64,000 nucleotides of DNA from assembly GCA_035221665.1 (NCBI GenBank), contig CM069133.1, positions 44,764,001 through 44,828,000 on the forward strand. The letters run 5' to 3'. Both the position numbers and the translations under genes were made by a program. The notes beneath the pieces were generated by a model, which did no database searches, had not been told where the DNA came from, and saw only the letters and a list, made by a program, of their open reading frames with translations. Below are positions 25,786-40,094 of this stretch, one piece after another (position 1 is the first letter of the stretch; each line of letters opens with the position of its first letter). This DNA comes from Okamejei kenojei. Its lineage: Eukaryota.

Positions 25786-28649
25786 GTACGCTGTATTGAT
25801 GTGCTACTGCTATACATTTGAGCTGTATCTGAGATGCTTATCTAATATGTATGTAAGTGCTTAAGAAAAGTGATGCTTGTATTGAACTGCACACAAAAAT
25901 GAATTTCACTGTACCTCGGTACGTGACAAATAATGTACCACAAAGAGTGAGGATAATAATAATTTTAACCAAAGTGATAAATGCAGGGTTAGAATGGATG
26001 GACAGAAGCAGGTGGAATTTAATATTGAACAATTATATCTTTGAAGTCAGAAATTTGAACGAGAGGACATCATTCTCTAGCTGTAGAAAGGAAATTAGGT
26101 TTGGTAGTCTTGTACATTGTTCCTTGAAAGTGGCCGCACAGTCTGAGCAAGTGCCTTTTTTAAACATACGTGCTTCTGGGCTCCATATGCATCTGCAAAC
26201 ATTACAAGAATAAAGGAGTCTTGATGAACCTTCCATAAATGTCTGCCCACCAATATTTTAAGAAAGATAGGGAGTATAGCAAAGTGATTTATCTAAAATG
26301 CATCCAGAGATGAGAAAGTTCAGTTATGTGGATTGACAGGAGAAACTGAGGCTGTTCAATCTGAATTGAGTTCTGTTAAGTGATTCTCTGAGGCAGCAGC
26401 TAAATGAGTTCATGGTGGAATGCGGGAAAGTCATTACTTTTGTGAGAGAAGGGGACAGAGGTGTACCTGGAGTTCATGGAATGTGGGAATGTCGGAATAA
26501 TTGTCATGGTGTGGCATATTAATGGCGTGGAAATATCATGCAAAGAATTACATATCACCAGGGTGTGGTGATTCTTGAGGAATTGCCATATCATCGGCTC
26601 AATCACTTTAAGTTGCGTTATCAAAAATCCTCTTTCCATCATCAGGTCACGAGATGCAAATGATCGTTGATTTCACAATGTGTAATGCCTCAGCAAATAA
26701 TGTAGCCCAGGCCTGCAGAGAGCAAAAAGACGTAGTCATTAGACTGCCATGCAAATACTGCGCCTATTAGAGCAGGTCAGTCTGAGGAAATTTACCTCCT
26801 GCTGACACTCACCATCTGCACAGCACAAGCCAGGAGTGTAATGAAGAACTTTCATTTACTTAGATGAGAAGAGCGTTCAACAACTCAACACTAAGATGAA
26901 GAAAGCAGCTGCTTTGATTGGGATCTCAACAGCCAACCAGTCTACAATAATACCTGTTTCCTCCAGTGTTGGGCCTTGGCTGCCATGTGTACCCATCTCC
27001 AAAGTATAGTGCAGTTACTCATGCACCCTGCTCCATCAATACCCCTGACCTCCACCATGAAGGACAAATGCAGCAGGTGCATCACCAGATTTTACCATTC
27101 GCAAACCACCCGGATCTGGAAATATCTTCAGGTCTCTGAAATCATCTATTGCAGAGGTTGGATCATAAGAGACATTTAATGAGATGATTGATAAATCTTT
27201 GAAGGATTATGATCAAAGTGCAAGGGATTCTGAATGGATACTCCGATGTATTATGTCTTCTTGCATCGTCACTGGGTCTGTATCCTGCAACTCACTTCCC
27301 AACAGCCTAGTGGGTACAGCTTCAGTGCAGTGGTTTAAGAAGGTTCTCACCACCACCTCCTTGTGAGCAATGAGGGGTGGGCAAATATTCTGAAAAAATA
27401 TTTCAAAAAGTAAATTGAAATAATTCATAAAAGTAGTTCAAGTTTTGTCAGAATGTGCTGATCCCGCTCTCACTCACGTTCAACTCGCATTCCAACACCT
27501 CCGAGTATTGATTCATCTTTCACCCAACACACACCCCCGTAAATATCAACCAAATCCTGAAATTCAAACCCCTTCATGCTGCAAAGTAGTCACGAGTCAA
27601 ATAAACAACAGTCAGACTACTCTAGATAAAATAAATGGTGGTGGTGACAAAATGCCAATCTCCTTTGGAGTATTGTTGGATTTCTGGTCGTTGCATCAGA
27701 TATTGGCATTAGTTTATTATTGTTGTGTGTACTGAAATAGGGTGCTATCCAATCAAACCATACCAAACACGATTACAATCAAGTCGTATGCAAGTGTAAC
27801 ACGTAATGCAAAGAGAAAAGGTACCAGTGTTGAATATAGTATCATGGCATTCTAGTATTACAGTTATGGAGAATAAGTGCAAGGTCTGCATTTGAGTTAA
27901 TTTGGAACATTGGGACTACACCCTAGCCCATCGGAGGACCATTTAGTTCTGATAACAGCAAGGAAGAAGCTGTTCTTCAAATCTGATGGAACATGCTTTC
28001 AAGCTTTTGTATCTCCTGCCCAATGGAAGAGAGAAGAGAATGACCAGAGTGAAACTGGACTTTGATTATATTGATTGCGTTCCTAAAGCAGTGTGAAGTG
28101 CAGATGAAATCGATGGTGGGAAAGGTAGTCTGTGTGATGGACTGGGCTTACATCCACAACTGGAATTTCTTGCAGTCTTGGGCAGAGCGGTACTCAAACC
28201 AAGCTGTGATATAATTAATGGTGTAACATTCCTCCATAATACAGAAAGATAAAACAAAAACAATCATCAATACAGTGAGTGGTTTCTATGTCTATGAACA
28301 AGGATCTCCAGAATGTAGCATTTTGTTCCTGCATGATTTGTCACTTGTAGTTCACTGTTCTGTTAAAAAATATCCACGAGGTCTGGCTGGGACCACAATC
28401 TGCCATCACTACTCAAATGGAAGAATTCTTCAGGTTACTGGTTTTAAAAATTGCAGACTGATTGTCCTTTTACAAACACGAGAAAATAGTTGTGTCAAAC
28501 TAATAGCGAGATAACTCAAATCTGCTTCATCTTTGATGAAAATATGGCTGATATTCCATTGTCCTGCGCTATTCTTAAATCCACATCTGGAGCTGTTCTC
28601 TTTCCTTCTATTCTCAACAGGGGAAAGGGATGAGAAATATCTTCTTGAA

Positions 28650-28950
28650 AGACAGCACAGTGGTTCATCTGGTGGAGCTACTGCTTCACAGCGCAAGAGA
28701 ACCTGGTTCAATCCTGAACTCCGATTCAGTCTGTGTAGAGTTTCCACCTTCTCCCTATAAACATGTGGATTTTCTCCCGCATCCCAAAGACAAACGGGTT
28801 TGTAGGTAAAATTGTCCTCTGTAAATTGCCCCAAGTGTGTAGGGGAGCGGATGCAAAAGCAGATTAACATAAAACTTGTGTGAATGGATGTTCGATGGTT
28901 AGCATGAACTCGGTGAGCCGAAGGGTCTGTTTCCATGCAATCTCTTTAAA
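28650..28950 (+). mobile_element. tRNA-derived V-SINE (HE1-like)
   Basis: tRNA-like head (gctactgcttcacagcgc...ctggttcaatcc), core cccaaagac..ggtttgtaggt, CR1-like tail. Confidence 0.75.
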
Positions 28951-28957
28951 ATAATCA

Positions 28958-29705
28958 CATAGAAACATAGAAAATAGGTGCACGAGTAGGCCATTTGGCC
29001 TTTCGAGCCTGCACCGCCATTCAATATGATAATGGCTGATCATCCAACTCAGTATCCTGTACCTGCCTTCTCTCCATACCCCCTGATCCTTTTAGCCACC
29101 AGGGCCACATCTAACTCCCTCTTAAATATAGCCAATGAACTGGCCTCAACTAACTTCTGTGGCAGAGAATTCCACAAATTCACCACTCTCTGTGTGAAAA
29201 ATGTTTTTCTCAACTCGGTCCTAAAAGGCTTCCCCCTTATCCTTAAACTGTGACCCCTTGTTCTGGACTACCCCAACATCGGGAACAATCTTCCTGCATC
29301 TAGCCTGTCCAACCCCTTAAAAATGTTGTACGTTTCTTTAAGATCCCCCCTAAATCTTCTAAATTCTAGCGAGTACAAGCCAAGTCTATCCAGTCTTTCT
29401 TCATGTGAAAGTCCTGCCATCCCAGGAATCAGTCTGGTGAACCTTCTGTGTACTCCCTCTATGGCAAGAATGTCTTTCCTCAGATTAGGAGACCAAAACT
29501 GTATGCAGTACGCCAGGTGTGGTCTCACCAAGACCTGTACAACTGCAGTAGAACCTCCCTGCTCTTATACTCAAATGCTTTTGTTATGAGTGCTAACATA
29601 CCATTCGCTTTCTTCACTGCCTGCTGCAGCTGCATGCCTACTTTCAATGACTGGTGTACCAAGACACCCAGGTCTCGTTGCATCTCCCCTTTTCCTAATC
29701 AGCCA
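28958..29705 (-). mobile_element. CR1 LINE 3' fragment
   Basis: VRPHLAYCIQFWSP...LGLYSLEFRRFRGDL; (TTTCTATG)n tail. Confidence 0.92.
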
Positions 29706-29854
29706 CATATCGGATTTTGGATCAGGCCATGGAGAGCCATGCACATGAAAGTCTTGAATATTATCTCAGCAATCATCATGTCAGCCTGGCCCAGGAATTC
29801 AAGACCGTGACTCGAGAATCTTATGACCTGATCCAGTGGGAACTGGCTGCTACA

Positions 29855-30980
29855 GGGAGAAGTAGAAACTAAACAGGGAGAGCCAGTGGATGTAGTGTAC
29901 CTGGACTTTCAGAAATAATTTGATGTCCCACATAGGAGATTAGTGGGCAAAATTAAAACATTGTATTGGGGGTAGAGTGCTGACATGGATAGAAAATTGG
30001 TTGGCAGACAGGAAACAAAGGGTAGGGATTAACGGGTCCCTTTCAGAATGGCAGGCGGTGACTGGTACCGCAAGGCTCGGTGCTTGGACTGCAGCTATTT
30101 ACAATTTATATTAATGATTTGGACGAAGGGATTAAAAGTAACATTAGCAAATTTGCACATGTCACAAAGCTGGGTTGTAGTCTGAACAGTGAGGAGGATG
30201 CTATGAGGATGCAGGGTGACTTGGATAGGCTGGGTGAGTGGGCAGATGCATGGCAGATGTAGTTTAATGCGGATAAGTGTGAGGTTATCCACTTTGGTGG
30301 CAAAACCAGGAAAGGCAGATTATTATCTAAATGGCGTCAAGTTTGGAAAAGGGGAAGTACAACGGGATCTCGAGGTCCTTGTTCATCAGTCAATTAAAGT
30401 AAGTATGCAGGTACAGCAGGCAGTGAAGAAAGCAAATGGCATGTTGGCCTTCATAACAAGAGGAGTTGAGTATAGGAGCAAAGAGGTCCTTCTGCAGTTG
30501 TACAGGGCCCTAGTGAGACCAGGATAGAATTGAGCGGCTGGGCTTGGTAGAATGGAGCGGCTGGGCTTGTATACTCTGAAATTTAGAAGGATGAGAGGAT
30601 ATCTTATTGAAACATAAGATTAGTAAAGGTCTGGAAACGCTAAAGGCAGGAAACATGTTCCCAATGTAGGGGGAGTTCAGAACCAGGGGCCACAGTTTAA
30701 GAATAAGGGGTAAGCCATTTAGAACGGAGGTGAGGAAAAACTTTTTCCCACAGAGAGTTGTGAGTCTGTGGAATTCTCTGCCTCATAGGGCAGTGGAGGC
30801 TGGTTCTCTGGATGCTTTCAAGAGAGAACTAGACAGAGCAGTTAACGATAGAGAAGTCAAGGAATATGGGGAGAAGGCAGGAACGGGGTACTGATTGTGG
30901 ATGATCAGCCATGATCACAATGAATGGTGGTGCTGGCTCGAAGGGCCGAATGGCCTTCACCTGCACCTATTGTCTATTGT
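29855..30980 (+). mobile_element. CR1 LINE RT/3' fragment
   Basis: VYLDFQK, LFTIYINDLD, ISKFA, KKANGMLAFI; CTATTGT tail. Confidence 0.92.
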
Positions 30981-31063
30981 TTAAACACAGAACTGTGTTT
31001 TAGAAGAGAAATGAAAAAAGGGAAGAGAGGAAAAGAAAGATACTATGATGGATTGAGATGAAC

Positions 31064-31358
31064 TGGGTGGCATGGTGCCGATAGAGTTGCTGCCTTACAG
31101 CGCTTGCAGCACCAGAGAACCGGGTTCCATCCCAACTACGGGTGCTGTCTGTATGGAGTTTGTAAGTTCTCCCTGTGACCATGTGGATTTTCTCCGAGAT
31201 CTTCGGTTTCCTCCCACACCCCAAAGACGTACAGGTTTGTAGGTTAATTGGCTTGGTGTCAATGTAAATTGTCCCTAGTGTGTAGGATAGTGTTAACGTG
31301 TGGGGATTGCTAGTCGATAAAGACTCATTGGGCCCGTTTCCATGCTGTGTCTTTAAAA
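31064..31358 (+). mobile_element. tRNA-derived V-SINE (HE1-like)
   Basis: ttgctgccttacagcgc...ccgggttccatccc head; ggtttcctcccacaccccaaagacgt core. Confidence 0.8.
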
Positions 31359-32454
31359 CTAGAAAAAAAGAGCAATGAGAGGAGGCTTGACACAGCAACA
31401 TCCTCAGCCGTCCATCTGGGCTGATGGCCCCATTCGACGTGAACCAGAGCAAGGAAATGATCTAATTGGTATCTAATTGGTTTGACAACTAATTAGAGAA
31501 AAGAGCAGAAATGGAGAACGGGAACTGCGGGTAAACACGGGGACTAAAGTACAAACAGAATGAGGAAGGATAAACATTTCCTTCCCCAAGGGGCAGACAT
31601 CTGTTTCTTTACAACACTGTGTTAGATTGAGGGATGACGTTGCAGATCCAGCTCAGGTCTCCATCCATAGATAGGAACCAGATCCCAGAAGGGCCACAGA
31701 AAGTGTAGTTGCTCACATAACAGCATCATGGTCTAGTCAACTGACTTCCAGTTGTATCCTGACTGTGGGTGACTGGAGTCCCTGGGCTAAAATGTGCAAG
31801 AATTAGTTTCTCAAACTCCAACAGTTTAACTGAATGTGCGGAATCCTGTCCCACCGTCGGTGTATTCCAAAGAGCTTTACAAACAATGAAGCACGGTGAA
31901 GCACTGTGATTGTGATGTTAGGGAAAGCAGAAACTAGTGCACAAATAACTTTCCACAAACAGCAATGACCAGGCTAGGAAGAACCATACCATCTAATCAT
32001 TGTTCTTGGTAAGCAGCAACCTGGCACATGTCACCAGAGAATTTTGTCCCTGACCTCAGTAAAATCCACGAACAAACTAATCCCACCTAGGCACCAGAAA
32101 TCAATGACTTGTTTTTGTTTCTAATTGTGCTTTGCTCCAAAGTATCGTTTTTGCTTTAGTTTGTTTTGATTGTCTTGCAGAATTTGTGTGATTTTTGTAT
32201 CATTTGTTTATGTGTCTGAGTATATGTACCTCTCATGCTGCTGCAAGCAAGATTTTCATTGTACCTGTACCTCACTATACCTGCGCATATGTGACAATAA
32301 ACCATGACAATAAAGTGTGAAATTCAGACATTTCTAGTGGTGGGTGACTGTGAAAATCCCTGCAAAGCAACATATTTTTGATCTGATGTGAATGTCTCCT
32401 TTAGGACTGGACTGGATGTGTCTCCAGGACCGGACAATGTTTCCCCCTCTACTC

Positions 32455-33925
32455 TCAAGCTCTGTGCCGAACAATTGTGTAGAAAATGTTTACACAGACA
32501 TTTTTAACCAGTCCCTGCAAACCTGTACTGTCCCTACCAGCTTCAAAGCCTCCACCATTGTCCCTGTACACAAAAAGGCAAGGATTAATTGTCTTAATGA
32601 CTACAGGCCTGTCGCACTGATCTCTGTGAAGGGCCAATGAAGACCCTTGAAAGGCTTGTGCTGACCAAGCTGAAAAATATCACAAACCCCCTGCTGGATC
32701 CGATGCAGTTTGCATATCAGGCCAATAGATCTGTGGATGATGCAGTCAACCTGGGCCTGCACTTCATCCTCCAGCACCTAGACCGCCAGAGGAACTATGC
32801 AGGGATTTTGTTTTTCTGATTTTTGCTCTCTATTCAACACCATTGTTCCAGAGCTACTACACTCCAAACTTTCCGAGTTGACTGTGCCTGAACCCCTCTG
32901 TGAGTGGATCACCAGCTTCCTGACAGACAGGAAGCAGCATGTGAGCACATCTCGGACCCGCAAACCCTCAGCATAGGAGCACTGCAAGGCTGCGTACTCT
33001 CCCCTCTTCTCTACTCTCTCTACACCAATGACTGCACCTCCATAGACCTCTGTCAACCCTGATTGGACTGATCCAGGATGGGGAGGAATCTGCCTACAGA
33101 CAGGAAGTGTCACAGCTGGCATCCTGGTGCCAATGCAATAACCTGGAGCTCAATGCTCTTAAGACAGTGGAATTGATTGTAGACTTTAGGAGAGCTCCCC
33201 CTCCCCTCACCCCACTCACCATCAACAACACCCCAGTCACATCTGTGGAGTCTTTTAAGTTCCTTGAACCATCATCTCCAAGGACCTTAAGTGGGGGGCT
33301 ACTATCAACTCCACAGTCAAAAAGGCACAACAGAGAATGTACTTCCTACGTCAGCTGAGGAAGCACAATCTGCCACAGGCAATGATGGTCCAATTCTATA
33401 CGGCCATTGTAGAGTATGTCCTCACCTTCTCCATCATGGTCTGGTTTGGCTCAGCCACCAAGCACAACACCCGGAGGCTGCAGCGAATCATCTGATCAGC
33501 AGAGAAGGTTATTGGCTGCAACCTTCCCTCCATTCACAAACTGTACACTGCAAGGGCCAGGAAGCGAGCGGGCAAGAACATCTCTAACCCCTCTCACCCT
33601 GGCCACAAACTCTTTGAATCACTTCCCTCTGGAAGGCGACTCTGGACTGTCAAAGCTGCCACAGCCAGACATAAACACAGGTTATTTTCCGCGAGTAGTA
33701 GCTCTACTCAATAACCAACAATCTGTAGCCTCCTTTTGCTCTGGTATTTTGTTTGGTTCACATGTTTGATCAATGGTATTTTATTATTAATGTTTAGTGT
33801 TTTATGTGTCATTTGTAACTGTGACTGTATGTCATGTTGTCACTTGTGGGCAAAGCACCAAGGCAAATTCCTTGTATGTGAATACCTGGCCAATAAACGT
33901 ATTTATTCATTCAATCATTCATTCC
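32455..33925 (+). mobile_element. Rex1/Babar-type LINE, 5'-truncated, decayed
   Basis: LNDYRPVAL, DPMQFAYQANRSVDDAV, WCQCNNLELNALKTVELIVDFRR; AATAAA plus (ATTC)n tail. Confidence 0.9.
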
Positions 33926-34665
33926 TTAACAATTATGCACGGTATCACATATCAAATATTTGGTGATGCATTGAGGGATGATGCAGGGTCTTGACCTGAA
34001 ACGTCACCAACCCTCTGCCTCCACAGATACAACATAACGCGTTGAGGACATCCTGCAATTTGTTTTCCTGCATGTCAAATGTTTGTTCAAATGAGGTACT
34101 ACTGTATTTAACAAGAACCTGATTACTATCAGGTATGGTTTCTTACATTTGTGACAAATGTATCCATGGCGTAATCAAAGCTATGAAATTATAAAAAAAA
34201 CTTGATAACATATAATTTCATCATCACCCAGCACCAATGCATTTTGCAATCCTTTTCATATTTTGCTTCAGGTTATAAACAAGGAACAATCTTTCTTCTT
34301 CCTCCTGGTCAACTTTCTGAGAATTCTGCAAACTCTTTCTAATCAAGATATGTGAAGTGCGGTGTGGACTTGAAATGTTGCTGGTGCATTTTGCAATGCA
34401 CCACAGATGGCTCAGCAGACAGAGGGTGAAGCCCTTGTTGCTGCTGTCAGTTCCACTCAGATTCTGCAAAGACAAGGACTGGGTGATTGAAATGCAAAGT
34501 GGACTTGTCCATTTGAAGCTGTCTGACAATTCTTGAAGTCTTGAGCTCTTTTACACTCTATGTTAACTGTAAAATTCAGAAAACTACAGGAAACAGCAAG
34601 GAGTCTCGGTTCTACTCAGCCAGTGGAAAGACATACGGCATTTGAAAGCTCAACGAGAGAAGAGA

Positions 34666-34714
34666 ATGCTGTTTATTTTGCTTTGTGTCTTTGCACTGCC
34701 TGTCACCGCTAATC
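34666..34714 (+). CDS. Exon 1 (signal peptide MLFILLCVFALPVTAN) of Siglec-15-like receptor
   Basis: ATG at 34666, hydrophobic core, consensus donor C|GTAAGT in phase 1, matching the phase of the V1 acceptor. Confidence 0.75.
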
Positions 34715-37087
34715 GTAAGTATCCTTTTTTTTTAAATATATTTATTAGAAGTACATTACATTTTAATGGTACCTTTTTACAGGTTCCCAGAATTATTAAA
34801 ACATTATTTGTATAACTTCCTTTTTTTTTAAACATTTTTTTTAGAAAGAAATGAGAAAGAAAGAAGTAGTGAAGTGTGAAGAATAGACTAGTGAGTGTAG
34901 AGTGAAGAAAGAAATGTGAGAAAGTAAAGCAGAAAGGAGATTCTCCCAAGCAACCCATCGATGTTATTTTTTAAATATTCTTAATCAATTCAGTCAAAAC
35001 CAGAATTTTTTATTTTATGATGATATTACACCGCATGATTCCACTAGGTCAATAAATGGAGACCAACTCATTAAGAATTGGTCTTTTTTTCTATTAGGAG
35101 GAGTCTCATTTCTTCCAAATGTGCCGTTTCCAATATATTACCAATCCACATTTTGAGTGTTGGTATAGTAGCCTTTTTCCAAAATTTAAGTATGAGTTTT
35201 TTCGCTATTATTAAACCATAATTAAAAAATGAGATTTGGGATATATTTAATGTATTTACATCTCCAAAGATATTCATTTCCATGCTAGGTTCCATTTTTA
35301 TCTTAAATAAACTAGTGAATATATCAAATATATCACACCAAAAACTTTGAAGTTTTATGCAAGAAATGAAAGAGTGTGTAAGATTGGCATTTTGAGAAAG
35401 ACATTTATCACAAATTGGTGAGATATTTGAATAAAATTTATTCAACCTAACTTTTGAATAATATAGTCTGTGTAATATTTTAAATTGAATTAAATTATGT
35501 TTGGAGTTAATCGAACATTTATGTATATATATCAAATAGCTCTCCCATGTTTCTTTAGAAATTTTTATCATTAAATCTTTTTTCCAGTCTTATCTAATTG
35601 CCTCTGTTGAAGGCAATTCTCTATTAAGAATACTATTATATAGATATGATATTAATTTTTGTGAGTCCGCCTTAATATTCATTGCTTCTTCCAGTGGGTC
35701 TATCGTTATATTCTGTAATCTTGGTATATATTTTTTTATAAAGTCACATATCTGTAAATAATTAAAGTATTGGTTATTATTCAAATTAAATTTTGATTTT
35801 AATTGTTGAAATGATAATAAATTTGCCATTTCATACATGTCACCCAACTTTTTAATTCCCAGTCTTTCCCATTGTCAATATGTTTTATCCATAATAGATG
35901 GTTTAAATACCGGGTTATTCACTATTGGTGTTAATGAAGATAAGTTTCTTAATTTTAAGTTTAACTTTATTTGTTTCCAAATTCGAATTATATCGTGTAT
36001 AATTGGATTCTTCTTATATAATATATTATTCAATTTTATCGGGGAGAAGAGAATCGCTCCTAAATCATAAGGGAAACAATCCTCTTTTTCCATTCTTATC
36101 CATTCCATCTGTTGAGAAGAACAATCCAACTAATAAATAATATTCTTAATATGCACTGCCTAATAATAATATAAAAAATTAGGCAGTGCAAGTCCCCCTA
36201 CATATTTAGGTTTACATAAATGATTTATTTTAATTCTATGTGCTTTGTAGTCCCATATAAAATTCGTAATATTAGACTCTAGTATAAAAAATATATATTT
36301 TGGTATATATATTGGTGTGGATTTAAATAAATATAATATTTGTGGTAGCACTATCAGTTTTATAGCATTTATTCTGCCAATTAATGATAGTGATAGCGTT
36401 TTCCAAAATGTAATCAAAGTGTTCAATTTATTTAACAGAGGACTAAAATTAGCATTAAATAATGATTTATATCTTCTGGTAACTTGAATACGTAAATACT
36501 TACATTTTTCCGTTGCAATTTTAAATGGAAATTTTAATAGATGATTCGCTTTCTGAGGATGTAATGACATAATTTCACTTTTATTCCAATTTATTCTATA
36601 TCCAGAAAAGGAACCAAATTCCTCTATTACATTTAATATGTTCGGGATACTCGTTTCTGAATTTCTAATATATAAAGGTATATCATCCGCGAATAATGAA
36701 ATTTTATTATTAGAGTCCTTAGAATTATATCCCTGAATATTCGGATGAGTTCTTATCCTTTCAGCCAATGGCTCTATCATAAGGGCAAATAGCAGGGGTG
36801 ATAAAACACATCCCTGCATATTGCCCCGTGATAGTTGAAATTTTTGAGACAACGTATTATTAGTTAATATTCTTGCTGTTGGTTTATTGAATAATAATTT
36901 TACCCATCTAATAAAATTATCTCCCATATTAAATTTTTGGAGTACTATGTATAAATACTGCCACACTACCTGATCAAATGCTTTTTCTGCGTCCAAAGAT
37001 ATAACTGATAAGTCTTCCTTTTCCCCTTTATGTGAATACATTATATTATAAAGTCATCTCAAATTGTTAAATGATTGTCTTTTGGGT

Positions 37088-37991
37088 ATAGAAACATAGA
37101 AACATAGAAATTAGGTGCAGGAGCAGGCCATTTGGCCCTTCGAGCCTGCACTGCCATTCAATATGATCATGGCTGATCATCCAACTCAGTATCCTGTACC
37201 TGCCTTCTCTCCATACCCCCTGATCCCTTCAGCCACAAGGGCCACATCCAACTCCCTCTTAAATATGGCCAACGAACTGGCCTCAACTACCTTCTGTGGC
37301 AGAGAATTCCACAGATTCACCACTCTCTGTGTGAAAAACGATTTTCTCATCTCAGTCCTAAAAGACTTCCCCCTTATCCTTAAACTGTGACACCTTGTCC
37401 TGGACTTCCCCAACATCGGGAACAATCTTCCTGCATCTAGCCTGTCCAACCCCTTAAGAATTTTGTAAGTCTCTATGAGATCACCCCTCAATCTTCTAAA
37501 TTCCAGCGAGTACAAGCCAAGTCTATCCAGTCTTTCTTCATATGGAAGTCGTGCCATCCCAGGAATCAGTCTGGTGAACCTTCTGTGTACTCCCTCTATG
37601 GCAAGAATGTCTTTCCTCAGATTAGGTGACCAAAACTGTACGCAATACTCCAGGTGTGGCCTCACCAAGACCCTGTACAACTGCAGTAGTACCTCCCTGC
37701 TCTTGTACTCAAATCCTTTTGCTATGAATGCCAACATACCATTCGCTTTCTTCACAGCCTGCTGCACCTGCATGCCTACTTTCAATGACTGGTGTACCAT
37801 GACACCCAGGTCTCACTGCATCTCCCCTTTTCCTAATCGTTCACCATTCAAATAATAGTCTACCTTCCTGTTTTTGCCACCAAAGTGGATAACCTAACAT
37901 TTATCCACATTATACTGCTTCTGCCATGCATTTGCCCACTCGCCCAGTCTATCCAAGTCATCCTGCAGCCTCCTAGCATTCTCCTCACAGC
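37088..37991 (-). mobile_element. CR1 LINE 3' fragment inserted in L1b ORF2
   Basis: ORF 37186..37800 (VRPHLEYCVQFWSP...FFTQRVVNLWNSLP). L1 RT resumes on both sides, with a shared TATA at the junctions. Confidence 0.95.
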
Positions 37992-40094
37992 TATAAACCC
38001 CGTTTGGTCCTGGTTTATCTATTTATTAATATATTTGCTCAATCTTCTTGCTAAAATCTTTGCTAAAATTTTTTGGTCTGTATTTAAAAGTGATATAGCT
38101 CTATACGAGCCCGGATCTTCTAGATCTTTATCTTTTTTTTGTATAAGGATAATTGAAGATTCTGCTAAAGTTTCTGGTAATTTCTTATCGTCAAAAGCAT
38201 ACCTGTATAATTTAAGTAATCGTGGGACCATTAACTCCTGAAATCTTTTATAAAATTAATTATTAAAACCATCAGGCCCTGGAGTCTTCCCATTTTTCAA
38301 TTCTTTTATTGTTTCTCTTATTTCTTCACTTGTAATCTGGGCTCCTAATTCCTCTTGTTCTAAGATATCCAATTTTGGCAAGTTACACTTATCTTATTAT
38401 GTTATAATTTTATTGTCTTCAATGTTAGTTTTATATGTATATAAATTTTGATAAAATTGAGCAAACCTTTTGTTAATATCCTTAGGTAAAGTTAATAGTT
38501 CCCCGTTCTCTGATTTGATTTTACTAATTGTTTTTTCCTTTTCTTGTTCCTTCAATTGTCGTGCTAGAGGTTTATGTGGTTTATCCCCAAATACAAATTG
38601 TACTTGTTTTGTGATCTGAAATAATCTTATTGCTCTTGCCGATAATATTCAATTAAGTTTAAATTTCAGTAATGTGATCTTATTATGTTTATCTATGTTT
38701 GGGTCTTTTGTGTTTCCTAATTCTAATAATTTAATTTCCTTTTCTAACGTCCCTTGTTCTGTCCTGTTTTTTTTATTTAGAAAACTTTGATACGAAATTA
38801 TAACTCCACAAATGAATGCCTTAAAAGATTCCCATAATAGAGATGGTGAAATCCCTGGAGTCTCATTTATTTTAAAAAAATGTTCATTTGTTGTTTTAAA
38901 TACTCGTAACCTTGTGAGTCATTAGCTATTTATGTGTTAAATCTCCAAAAAACGTTTGTACCTGGCATACACTTAAAGTGAAAGTCAGCGGGGAGTGATC
39001 AGAAATAATACTGTTGTGGTATTTAGGATTAATCGTGTATGGTATTAGTTTTGAGTCCACTAAAAAATAATCAATTCTTGAATAAGTTTTGTGTACTGAT
39101 GAGTAAAACGAATATTCCCTTCCAGTTGGGTTAGTTATTCTCCATAAATCTATTATATTAGTGTTTTTTATATGTGTTTAAGAATTCACTAGACTTGGAT
39201 TTAGCACTACCCTTCCTAAATTTTGTTGATTTGTCTAAGTATGGATCTATAACACAATTAAAGTCCCCCCCCTAGTATTACATTTTGAAAATTGTACTCA
39301 TCTATTTGATCCATAATTTTCTTAAAAAATTGGGGATTATCAAAGTTTGGAGCGTAAATATTTATCAGAGTCAGTGGAGTGCAATACATTTCTCCTGCCA
39401 CTATCGTGTATCTTCCTTCTTTATCAGATATTGTATTCTTTAATATAAACGATATACCTTTCCGAATAATAAAAGCCGTTCCTCTGGCTTTAGCAGTAAA
39501 TGACGAATGATACATTTGGCCTATCCAGTTTGCCCTAAATCTCATCTGTGTTTGTAGTTTCGTATGCGTTTCTTGCAGAAACGCTATATCCACCTTCAAA
39601 GATTTTAAATGGGCCATAATCTTGCCCCTTTTAATTGGATCATTCGCACCCCTAAAATTTCAACTACAAAATGTGACTCCTCCATTCTTATTTTCCTTAT
39701 TGTCCTGCATTATAAATAGGTTTTAATAATTTTACTTCATGTGGTGTAATTAGGTTCCTCAGACTTTTGGGTATGTGGGTATCATCCCACACTTCTGATG
39801 TTATTTTACCTCTCCTCCGTATATTGAACCTCTGTAATAAAAAGAGAAAGGTGTGTTGAAAAATAGTGATGAAAAAAAGAAAAATAGTTAATTGAGCCAC
39901 ATAAGAGTAAATGCAACAACAACAACAACAAAACTCTTGATTTTAAGGTATCAAAAAGGTGATACCCTAAATACAAGAAGCCATCTATGATGACTAAAAA
40001 TTGATTGACCTCCGTAGATGGAATTATACATTGAGTTCAGCCACCTAAATACATTGGGATTTACAACTACATGCCGTTTCATCCAAATATATCT

